NCBI GenBank assembly: GCA_043228905.1
Contig: JBHGNT010000008.1
Span: 21,576,001 to 21,640,000 of the forward strand
From: Azolla caroliniana
Taxonomy: Eukaryota; Plantae; Polypodiophyta
Direction: 5' to 3'
Length of the DNA: 64,000 nt
Numbering within the stretch: the first letter of the stretch is position 1; each line of letters begins with the position of its first letter. Both the position numbers and the translations under genes were made by a program. This document shows positions 15,460 to 26,800 of this stretch, piece after piece. Under the pieces are notes generated by a model. That model was not told where the DNA came from. It saw only the letters and a program-made list of their open reading frames with translations, and did no database searches.

Positions 15460-15766
15460 ATACCGGAGTATCCATTTGACCGCGTTCCAGTGCTCCTCGG
15501 CTGAGTTTGTTCATCAGTACTGTTCTTCTCCCTTCCCATTCGGAGGGACCTGTCTCCCAACAGTTTCCACCTTTTATAGTGATCTAGAGCTCTTACTTAT
15601 CCCCTTAATCTTCTATTGAGTCCAATAGTCATTTGGTTAAGAACTCATTAAGCTAAATCTTAATCACTCTACTCTTGTATGGTGTTAAACACTCTTGCAT
15701 AATAAGAGGTTATCTCTTCATTAAATCTTATTCTTCTAAAGTGTATATTGTTAACTAATGTCTTAT

Positions 15767-15815
<49 letters not shown>

Positions 15816-15817
<2 letters not shown>

Positions 15818-15882
15818 TGTAGCTTAGTTGGTAAGGTCACCCAATGGAGACCAGGTGGTCATGGGTTCAACCCCTACATTTC
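15816..15882 (+). other. tRNA-derived sequence (possible SINE head or pseudo-tRNA) between (GA)n tracts
   Basis: A-box-like tagcttagttgg and B-box-like ggttcaaccc at tRNA spacing; stems imperfect. Confidence 0.45.
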
Positions 15883-16193
15883 ACAATGGCATGTAGTGAG
15901 TTAAGAGTATATGCAGTATATAATAGGGAGGTGAGGAAATTGGGTTTCGAACCCATGATGCAGTGCTTGTAGTGAGAGAGAGAGAGAGATTAATTATATT
16001 ATTGTTTTTAGAGGTCAAATATGACCTATGAGACCAAAAATATTACATTTCACCTGATACATGTGAAAGTGAGTAGTGACTCTTGATGTTCAAGAACTTT
16101 ACCAATGAATGTTGCAATCGAGAGTGCACATTGTGGTCGTGAGAGGAATTCATGCAAGGATTGGGCTTGGTTGAAGAGATGTGGAAAGCATGG

Positions 16194-16247
<54 letters not shown>

Positions 16248-16432
16248 TTAATGTTTTCTAAGGCCAAAATTGGCCCATGAGACAGTTGGTTTACAACAAA
16301 AATGGGTATTTATCCAATCATCAAAACTAAAATAAAATAAAAGTAAAAATAGCTTAAGCTAAAAGAATTCTAGTAGTGTGCAAAACATGGTATACTTGAT
16401 AAAAAAGAAGTGACTTTGCACTAAGCCTAATT

Positions 16433-19400
16433 TCATTTCCACCCAAGCCTCTCGAAAAGAAGTTGGAGGTCAAAGGGTTTTGGTGTGGGTGTGACCCATG
16501 GTCCCGATGTATAGAGTGCCCCAGCCATGGCTTCTACATCACGTCGAGTTGCTTTGAAACCACCTGACATCCGAGGGTGTTTGGTTTTTCTTTGATTTTC
16601 TACTTCATCAAGGAAAAGCCCGAGTGGTGCAGGTGTGTCAACATTCGTTGTCTCCCCCTGTTCCTGAAAAACTTCATTTGTTACGTGTTGGTAAACATTA
16701 GCAACATTATTGTCAACATTTTGTAACTTATTCTCTCCCATCCTCCCTAAACTATTAGATACACTAGATATAAAGAAATTAGGCAGATACATCCTAGACT
16801 TGAAGTATGTCTTGGTATTTTGCCCTTATCTCACCATAGGTGGGACATTTGCATGTAAAGTGGTACCCATCCTCTATCTCTATGTGGCATAACCTACATA
16901 TCCTTTCCTCCCTAGGGACTCCATTAGTACGTCCATTCTCAATCTCAAGTTGGTGAGATGATATTCTAAGTTGACCAATGACAACCCTTAGTGCATGTGG
17001 TAAGAATACATCTAGATATTTTGGTCGCGTAATAAAACCTAACTTAGAGAAGTGCATGAAGTGTTCCTTATAGTAGAACATTTTAGATGGGAGTGGCTCT
17101 AGTGGGGTGATCCATTTATACCGAGTATAAATTTGCCATATTTCTTGGCGTATTACTTTATTGCGGTCCTCATGAGAGATTAAAGTGTTATCAATCGCGT
17201 GGTTGTACTTAAGGGGGGGGAGGTTATTAATGTCTAGAATGTTCGCAAGAAGCCAAGTCACCATCATGCCATACCATGAGCTAGTATAGCCAGACTTATC
17301 CAGTGTTCGAGAGGCTTTAAAGGCTTGATGGGATATTCTATCATGTGGTTGGCTATGTATCCTTTGGATAAAGACTACAAGTTGAAAAAGTGCTTCTACT
17401 AACATCGGGGGTAGAGTGAACTCAGCCCTAATAATGTCATGTGGGACCATCAATTTGCTTCAGAGTTGGCGTGATAACATCATCACCAATGGTCTCTCTA
17501 ATTGCATCCACATGAAAGATGGTAGTCCTGGAGCCCAAACCGCTGATGCATACATGAGGGAGGGAGTCACAAATGAGTCAAAGAGCCACCCTTTAGTTCG
17601 TGGCTCTTGGAAGTATGCTTGATGGCATTGTGTCTTGAGGAGTGAGAGGGATGCATGTCCTCTCGTAAGTCTATCCTTCACTGTTTGTGTCATCATAAAT
17701 TTACTTGAGTGGGCACTGAAAGTGACTCCGAGATAGACATATGATCCAACCACCTCAATTGGGCTATGGGAGATAGTTAGGTGACACTTAGCTCTAACTT
17801 GGGCCGACATGTGGAAGATAAGGACTTTAGTTTTCCCTAGATTTACTACCAATCCTTGTTGTGTGCAAAAGTCATCTAAGGCATTAAGGTGCCTTTATAG
17901 GTCATGTTCAGATTCAGAGAGCAAAACTATGTTGTCTGCATAGAGCAAGATACGAACTTGCGTATCCCCAAGGACTACTCCATTACCTCCCTTACGAGCA
18001 ATAAAATCTATGATCTCATCAATGTAGATCCCAAAAAGAGTCGGAGATAGGGGGCAACCTTGTTTTACATCAATAGTGCTAGTGAAACAATCGGATATGC
18101 CACCTGGGCATCGAACACACCTAGATACTTGTGCATATAGTGCTAGATGGCCCAAACCATGTCATCTGGTATCCTCAAGCTTTTAAGCCTATCAAACAAC
18201 CGCTCTCAAGGGACCGTGTCAAAGGCTTTGCGGAAGTCCACAAAAAAACAATATATTTTCTTCTTGCGAGCCTTAGTCTGGTCAATTAAGCATCTAAGTG
18301 TGAAGATATGATCAATAGTGGAGAAGGCTCCTCTAAAGTCATCCTGTTTAGGTGCATGAAGATTTAAGGTCTCCATATAATCGCTATGCTCTGCCTCCAT
18401 TACTGCACCATATAATTTAGCAAGGGTATGACCTATCATAATGGTCCTATATGTATTTGTGTCCATGGGGTCCCCCCCTTATATGTATGGGGGCCACTGT
18501 GTTCATGGTTCATTGTGGTGGAAAACCCTCAGCAAGGGCACGATTGAAGATTAGAGTTAGCAAGGGAGCTAGACACTCTCTCACATATATGATGTGTCCT
18601 GCTCGCAATCATGTGTGGTCCATGGCTTCCTATGTTGTAATTTCTTTATGACCTTCGTGACCCTAGAGGTTGTGAAGAGTGTCCCTACGGTAGGTCGGGG
18701 TGTAGAAGGCATTGGAATGGGTGGTTGGTTTGGGATTTGGTAAAGTCTCTCTGTGTATGTGTGCCAGGTTTCGGGATCTTCAATGGGGGTTTGTGGTCTT
18801 GGTTCCCGTTATCTCTTCCATGTAGTGGCGCAATCGCTACTCATGAGCATATGGTAGAGTTCCCAATATTGGGATGCCTCCCATGCTCGTCTCTTACGAC
18901 GTGTCATCTTGCGCATTTCTTTGCGTGCTTGTACTGAGGTAAACTGAGTAGTGATATTGTAAGTTGTCTATGTAAGTACCTACAATCCTCATCATACCAT
19001 CTATTTTGTGGCATAGATCCTAATCTACCTTGATTGGAGTGTTTCGTAAATGGGAAACTACTAACTGCTGTAGAGTGAAGGATGTGTGTGAGTTTCGTAC
19101 TAAGGCCATCTAAAGGTAGGGAGGGATCAAGGGAGGAGAGATGGGCTTGAACATGTCGAGCATATATGTCAGAGAGCTCATGTGTGAAATGTATTGTGGT
19201 GTTATGGCGTGGTTGACTAGAGTTGGTAACGTTAGAGATATCACATTTTAGCTCGAAGTATAAGAAACTATGGTCCGTGCCAATAGGGCACGGGGCCACC
19301 CGGAAGGAGTTAATCATCTAGGTAGCTTCAGGGCGTCCTATTAGATAATCAATTGTGCTTTCCCCTACTCCATGTGGGAAACATGTGAGCTCTTCCGAGG

Positions 19401-19776
19401 CCAGCCACTTAGCTAAACCATTATATATGACCATCTAGTGCCGATTGCCAAGTTCGAGCAAATGATGGCCAAAGCTCGTGGCATCCGCACCTTGATCCTT
19501 TGATCTACGTGTGGTGCCTATGTCTAAAGGATCGACATTTACCATTTCTAGGTTTCTATTCATCTGAAATACTGTGCATTGTCGGGTTTGGGTTCTCGCA
19601 TTAAAGTCTCCTACAAGGAATACTTCTCCTTGGGAAGAATATCGGATTATGTCATCCCATGGGGAAGACCCATGTGGCACTCCTTCATCAACTAATCTCG
19701 TCTTGCCAACCAGATTATAACGAGAGCCTTTCGGGGGGAAGTAACAAATGGCGAAGAATACTACCTTGTCCTTCAT
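16433..19776 (-). mobile_element. Degenerate, 5'-truncated non-LTR retrotransposon (LINE) ORF2: AP endonuclease, RT, C-terminal Cys/His motif
   Basis: FLVGDFNART and TDHS (APE); FFVDFRKAFDTV, KQGCPLSPTLF, LLYADNIVLL, YVYLG (RT); RICRLC...EDGYHF..KCP; many frameshifts and stops. Confidence 0.88.
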
Positions 19777-20403
19777 TAGGGTTTAGTCAAACCAATAGCT
19801 CAAGAGTGATCAATGTTGAGAATCAAGCTCAACCTAGTCTAGTGTGTGAACACACCCTTTGAGAATCTATGAGCACTCAAAGGTCAAAAGTCACCACTAC
19901 TCTCTACACATTAACTATGTGTCATAAAATCATATTTTATGACACATAACTAATGAGTTCCATATTCCCCATGACTAGTGAGGTTATAGTGAGTTAATGA
20001 AGAGAGAGGGTGACCTTATTTAAAGCACCCTCGTGCTACTTCATAATTGTCGGTTGTTGCTCATTGTAATGCTACATTTTTGTATTTCATATTCTCCTTG
20101 TTAATATACTTCTTCTTCTTCTTCTCGAGTACTTCATATTCTCTTATCTATTTTGTGTTTCTCTTCTCTCCTCGCTTTTGTCTCACACATGCACACACAT
20201 AACACACATCTCTTTCGCTGCACAGAATCATATCCGATTCTTTACATGGTATCAGAGCGATTTGGTAGCTCAATCTAGCCCATCCGCATGTGTTGTGTTC
20301 TATGCCAACGTTCACGAAGAACTGGCTCATCGTTATCGTAGTACCACTACATAGCTCGTGTTCGAGACAAAAGGAATAGAAGAAAGAAACCTACATCAAC
20401 ATA

Positions 20404-21085
20404 ATGAATACTCAAATGGGGAGCACTCTCCCTAGCGAGAAGTTGGACAGAAAGAACTTTGCATCTAGGGAGTACAAGATGCACCAATACCTTGGCCAAG
20501 GCTATTGGGGCTACATTCAAGGAATACAAGAAAATCGACCCGGCCCAACGACTCCCGAATACTCAACATGGGAGCAAGCCGCAAGCCGCAAGACGAGTGA
20601 TGTATTTCTTGGCGACATGTGTCCATGGCCACATTCTTGGCTACATTCGAGAAGCCAAGACGTTGAAGGAAGCGTGGGAGTATTTAAGGAAGATTTTCAC
20701 AGCTAACACAACTGCAGGAAAGCTTCAACTCTGTCAAGAGTTGAACAACATCCAACAAAGGGATATGTCCATCACAAGCTACACCTTGAAGATCAAGGAG
20801 CTTTGTGACTTGGTTGGCTCAATAAAAGTCAACGTGGAGGATAATGAGATGGTGCAAATATGCCTAGGCGGCCTTGCACCATGGTTTGGCGCAATGAGAA
20901 CTGCCATCATAGTAAGGGAGAATCCTCCCTTTTTCTTCAATCTTCAATCAATGCTATTGGTTGAAGAAAATCATGTTCGAACGAAGAGCAACGCCTTGGA
21001 AGGCCAACGCCCCCGGACGAAGGAAGAGGACACGATTGAGCAAGAAGAGGCCAATTCGGCAAAGGACGAGGTAGACGAGGTCTGA
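20404..21085 (+). pseudogene. Copia gag, frameshifted
   Basis: KLDRKNF..., KEAWEYLRKIF, KLQLCQELNNIQQ, YTLKIKELCD (copia gag-like). Confidence 0.8.
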
Positions 21086-22287
21086 CATGTGAAAACAACT
21101 CCCAAGTTCGGCAAGAAAACGGAAACAATCGAGGAATGTTCGGAAGAAGGGGGAGCTTCCCTACAACGACTATATGGTATATCACAATGCCTTTATGATG
21201 AAGGTGGTAGTAGTTTGAGAACCATAAATTTTTTCTGAGGCAGCCAAGGATCCACGATGGGTCGAAGCAATGAACAAGGAGATGTGGACACTATACAAGA
21301 ACGAGACATGGGATCTCGTTCCCCACTCACTACACAACAAGGTGATTGCCTGCAGGTGGATTTACAAAGTGAAGTATAATGTCGACGGCTTTGTCAACCG
21401 CTACAAAGCCCGACTCGAAAGCCCGACTCGTAGCGAGAGGATACACACAAACACATGGAGTCAACTATGAAGAGATCTTGGCCCCGGTGGCAAAGATGAT
21501 GACTGTACAGACCGTGATTGCACTTGCAGTAGCAAAAGGGTGACACCTCCATCAAATGGACGTCAAGAACACCTTTCTTCAAGGCGAATTAGAAGAGGAG
21601 GTGAGCATGGTACAACCGCCCGGCTTCGAATCGAGCACCCATTTGAAAGCAGTCTGCCGAATAAAGAAGCCACTCTACGGCCTTAAGCAAGCATCGTGTG
21701 CTTGGCATTCGAAGAACACACAATATCTTCATCAGATAACTCTCTCTACATAAGAAGTGATTCAGGAAGTTTGATTGTCATCATTCTATACATGGATGAT
21801 CTGGTCATTGGAGGTGAAAATCTAGATGACATCAACAAGTTCAAGTCCCTCTTGTCACAACAACCAAGAGAGAAGATATAGTGACAGAAGAAAGGTATAA
21901 AGAGATCACAAGAAGAGAGGAATGAAATGATAAGAGAAGAATGAATGTATTAAAGTAGAATGAGTATGGATACAAGATAGGCGATGAAAGCTTAAGACTG
22001 GTGTTGATTTGAATTGATTTGAGAGTTCATGTATGCCCTTATTTATAGGTTCCCATAGAATAGCCTAGAGATTTCTATAATGTTCTAGAATGTTCTTCAC
22101 CTAGAATATTGTAAGATGTTCTAAGATATTCTAGAATGTTCTAGAATGTTCCAGAGTATTTACAATAATCAGTGTATTACAAGAAGTAGCTTTTATCATC
22201 TCATATGATCATGGGCTATCTTAATGGTGGGGTTGCTGATTATGTATTACAAGGTCTTGGGTTCAAGCCCAGGTGAAGCCATGATGT

Positions 22288-22566
22288 TTATGTATTCATG
22301 ACACCATCTCCCCTTCGCGAACGACGAGTGGAAGTCGGCGTTAACAAAGTAGGGCCCGATTTGTTTGGATAGCGGCGATGGAAGTCGTCGACAAGAGCTT
22401 GAGCATTAGAATCATTATTGACGGGTTCCCAAGTGCGATCACTCGAAGGATAGCCTACCCAATCAACCAGATAATAGAGCTTATTGCGCACAATCTTAGA
22501 ATCAAGAATAACAGCTACCTCATATTCGGGGCCGTCAGCAAGTTCGACAGAGGGCGGAGGTGGCAC
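22288..22566 (-). CDS. Chromodomain at the integrase C-terminus of chromovirus B
   Basis: EYEVAVILDSKIVRNKLYYLVDWVGYPSSDRTWEP. Confidence 0.88.
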   Translation of the reverse strand: MPPPPSVELADGPEYEVAVILDSKIVRNKLYYLVDWVGYPSSDRTWEPVNNDSNAQALVDDFHRRYPNKSGPTLLTPTSTRRSRRGDGVMNT

Positions 22567-23807
22567 GACTCAATTAAGAATGGAAGAGGTGTTAAGCCGC
22601 ATGTGTGCTGGAAGGTTAAGATGAAAGGTTGCATCATTAATCCACGCCGTGATGAGAAAAGGACGTAAGCGCTGATAATCGAGTTTCTCACAAGGTCGAG
22701 TAGTCTTGATGTGACGACGAAGCAACCATACTCGGTCACCAACCTGAAAAGGAGACTTAGAACACGTTCGCGTTCACAAGTGGAAGGATTGCGCATTCCA
22801 CTTGTAGAATCTTCTTAAAACGAAGAAAATACACCCTCTCTACAATAATTGGATGCACTGGTATCACATGTTCCTCAACTTGATAAGAATTTGCAAATAT
22901 AAAAATACATGATAGATCTACGAGTGGAGATCATTAGAAATCATGCAAGTTTAGACATGTTGATAAGTTAATGTATCTAAATAAAGTTCAACTATGGCTC
23001 AATATGGCACTATTGTGCGACAAGGGAAACACTAACTTAAAGACTTATATTAATTAGGTAGGTTTTACAAAAATATGAGGTGTACTTGTATCCATACTAA
23101 TAAAATGAGATATAATTTATACTTTGACCCATACGTGCATGTATGTAATTGTCGAAAATGTAGGATAGTGCACATTAGGATAAGTGATTGGAATAACTAA
23201 CTTATTAAAGTATTCAATACTTATATTAAAAGTTGATCTAATCTATTCCTCAGTTTGTTCATATGGGATCAAACCATATGTGTATATAATTGTGCACAAT
23301 GTAAGGCAGTGAACTTTAGGATAATGTCGTGGAAATAACAAACCTATTAGGCTTTCATACCTGTATTTAAAATTGATCTACTCTATTGCTTAGGTGATTC
23401 ACACAAGATCAAACTCCGAACGATAACGCAACTGGAACCATTATCAACACACTACACAATCTAAGCAGCAATGGAATAGAAACATAATAGTTTTAACAAT
23501 ATAAGACAAAGATCCATAATAACAACATGGACAGTCATGGCAATAATTATAGGGCCATGTTCTGTTAAGGTTAGCTTGGACCAAAATCAGCCTCCATTTA
23601 AGCTAGTTCATGTTTCTCCATAAGTTTGGTAGTCAGCTATGCACGCGGTGAAACCAATATCATAAATCTACTAATCAAGTATATAAAAATAAAATTGAAA
23701 CATATAGATGATTATAAAGAATAGAATCCACTAGGTAAAACCCAAAATTTGTATTAATAATGTGAAATCTTAACAAATCGTCAGTGTCATATTCTTTATA
23801 GAGTCTA

Positions 23808-26800
23808 TTACATAGCAATCAATTCATCAACGTCATTTTCTTCATCATCTTGTGTAGAACTGTCTTCGGCTATACGTGCATTGGTTTCCCCTGTTAGCCG
23901 AGCCAACGAAATATCTTCTATAAGCTCATCATCAAGCTCTATTAGCTCCCCCGGTTCGCCGGCTAACGGAGGAATAGGCTCTCGCGAAGCAGGTTGAAAC
24001 CATTCTGTATTGGCGAGGTTCTTTGCACCGACCTCCTCATCCTGGTCTGGGCACTCCCACAAAGCCTTAATCCGCATATTAATAAATATAACTTGGTCCT
24101 CGTCCTTCTCCAATGCAACTGTATTTCTAAACAGCTTCAATGCACATGCTGACGTAGTTCCTATGATGTAAGTAACAAGAAGATTTAGTTGTCAAACGAA
24201 AAAAAGTGATTGGTTATCTCAAGATCGTTACCCTAGTTCGAGGAATACCTGTGCCAGAAAAGAGATCTAACATCCAGTCTCCTTCGACAGAAAACATCTC
24301 GATCAAGCGCATCATAAGTCGTTGAGGTTTTTGGTATGGGTTGACAAGTCCCCGTTCTGTCGTGGTGACATGTCGCAATTTCCGAGTCACTGCTGGATAT
24401 ACCAACAGATTTGAACCTCCCACTTCATTAGAATGCTCTTTGATTCTCTGTTTTTTAATTTCATCGAAGTAGCCAACCGTTATGTATTCAATGGCATTAA
24501 CGAACCGAAAAGTTGGCCCTCTATTTACATTGGTCTTGATCCTATAAAAAATAATTCATCGAGTTAAGAATAGATTCAACAACCTTAAGAATTGCAATAT
24601 AATGAAAGACACCTATAAATAATCCTTACCATGCAAGGTTCTCGATGCCATGGCAACGAGATCTCAAAGCTTGAGCTACCGAGTACCCTTGGTCCATACT
24701 ATGAAAGACAACTATTCGCCACAAGGATGCGGTCGTTAGCTCAGCGAAATCCTTGACCATCTTCTCCAATTGTTTAAACCTAAACGGTTCATCGTCGTAT
24801 GATGACCCAGCCATTCGAAATCCGTAAGGAATATCCGCAATCATTAGCGTATATTCCTTCTTTGGCACCTTCTGGATCAAGTCGATGACATCACCGCAAA
24901 CCACATTGTAGTAAAGATCTCTCGTAATATCTTTTTTGTGGCTAAATTTTTTAAACGAGCCATCTTCCTCCATTTCGTACGCCTTGACTAAGCGACGATC
25001 CTTTTCTTTTCTGGCTCGCTCGAGATGTGCAAGGAAGGATGTAGGGAAATCGTGTATATCCTTCACTTCTCCTTGTTTCTTGCCTCGACACGGTTTCTAA
25101 TAGAAGCAATAGGACATCAGGTATTATTATACAAGCTCTACATATGATGAAAGGGTAATGAAAAAACATCAATACTAACCCAATCCTTGAATGCAATAAA
25201 ATACTCTGATAACGCCTTATACGAAGACGTTAGAGGATAATCCTCGGTCACTTGTTCCCAAGTTATACATCCAAGTTGTTTCATTATTACTTCTTGGATC
25301 TTCATGTACACCTTATGACTGTAAAATTAGAAATCAAGATTAGAACTTTGAATTACACCAGATAGACTACAATTTCAGTATTTGAAAGACTTATTGAACT
25401 CAGTGACCATTTCTTCAAGGCTTAAATCTTTCGCCACAACCCTTGACAAAACCGACACAAGAAGCTGCTCGTCCTTAATACCTTGCATCGCTCTCCATAG
25501 AGACAGCTTCATGTCGTCTGCCGCTTCTTCAATTGTCAAGTCAATTTTCTTGGCGGCTTGTGACTTTAATTCTAGTTGAGGGTCAACCCTACATTTCTTT
25601 TGTCGTTGACCCTTTACCTCCTTATTCTCCCACATTGAGAATATTTGATCTTGGAGGTCCCATACTTCTCCATCTCTAAACGCCAATTGAAACCAAGATT
25701 CATACTTTCGAAGACCATCGGACCTAACATTATCATCTACCACAATGCCGACTTCATGCAGACATTGACGTCGAAGGCCTGGATGTAACTTCACACCAAA
25801 CTTTTGTTTCACATCTAAATACTCGTGGTGGAAGAACCGTTGTCGCAGTGTAGGTTGCACACTATGTGGAAATTATATTTTTGTCCCTCCGGATAGAGAA
25901 TGGAGTGCTCGGTGAGAACCGGAAGAAAACGGCATACCGGCAAGGAGGAAAACGGCATACCGGCAAGGAGGAAAAACGGCATACCGGCAAGGAGGAAAAC
26001 GGAAAACGGCATACCGGCAAGGAAGAAAACGGCATACCGGCAAGGAAGAGCCGGATAAAGAGACATAAATGTAAAAAGAAAGGAAATACTCACTACTGCG
26101 CAGGGCGTGATTTGAACTCTACACCTCCACATTGACAAACCCCAACCTTACCATTACATTAAATTATCTTAAGTGTTTTAAATATAGATTTAATATGTAT
26201 AAGACCTTTATTTATGCATACCTTTATTAAAAGGTAAATCGTGTATTTCTTTAATAAATGAAAAAGAAAAAAAACACGAGACACTAAAAATAACTCATGC
26301 ACATCTAGCGTGCATGAGCCCTATACTTAGGAAATAAAAAAAGCATCACATGCACATTTAGGGGACATGAACACTTTTTGTAAAAAAAAAAAGCATGAAG
26401 CCATGCTTAGCTCTTCTTTCCTTATATAAGGAGGAGAGAAATATGTAAAGGGTTGTTGATTATTTGGATTAAGAATTAATCAATACAAAAATTATTCGTG
26501 GGATTCACGATTTATACATCTACTTCTCTCTTAACACCCTAAGTACCAATTAATATAGTATACTCGTGTGATTCACGAGTTTCTTATCTTTCTCTTTGCT
26601 ATTTACTCATAATTAATCTCTATCTCACGAACTTCTTTCTCCTAGTCCAAGACCTCTGTGGTTCCCACCCGACTCACGCAACGATCCGGAGCCGAAAGGC
26701 ACGACACCGTATACGCTCAATAGACGACATTTTCTGCCTATAGTCATTATCATTATTATGGTCCCATGCCAACAGCTTAGCCTCTTCGGTTGTGAGCCCA

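Larger units (their letters stand above)
13536..15562 (-). mobile_element. Internally deleted Ty1/copia element: one full LTR (13536-14293) plus two tandem [RT-end/RNaseH-PPT-LTR tip] units; TSD GTTTC
   Basis: TG...CA ends; GTTTC at 13531-35 and 15563-67; RNaseH motifs (GFTDSD, STTEAEY, DNQSAIHLA, HSRTKHI) present twice; PPT gaagggggagtt on -. Confidence 0.88.

Noticed and set aside
15816-15882. Functional tRNA gene (also the LTR-borne copies at 22212 and 49545)
   Set aside because: Acceptor and anticodon stems do not pair well; reported only as tRNA-derived
19809-19813. TSD for copia A
   Set aside because: Left flank atcaa does not match right flank caaca; either decayed or the element is recombinant
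25841-26706. Ordinary intron of the MTase gene
   Set aside because: No AG acceptor at the in-frame junction; TG...CA ends with a 4-bp duplication indicate a solo LTR
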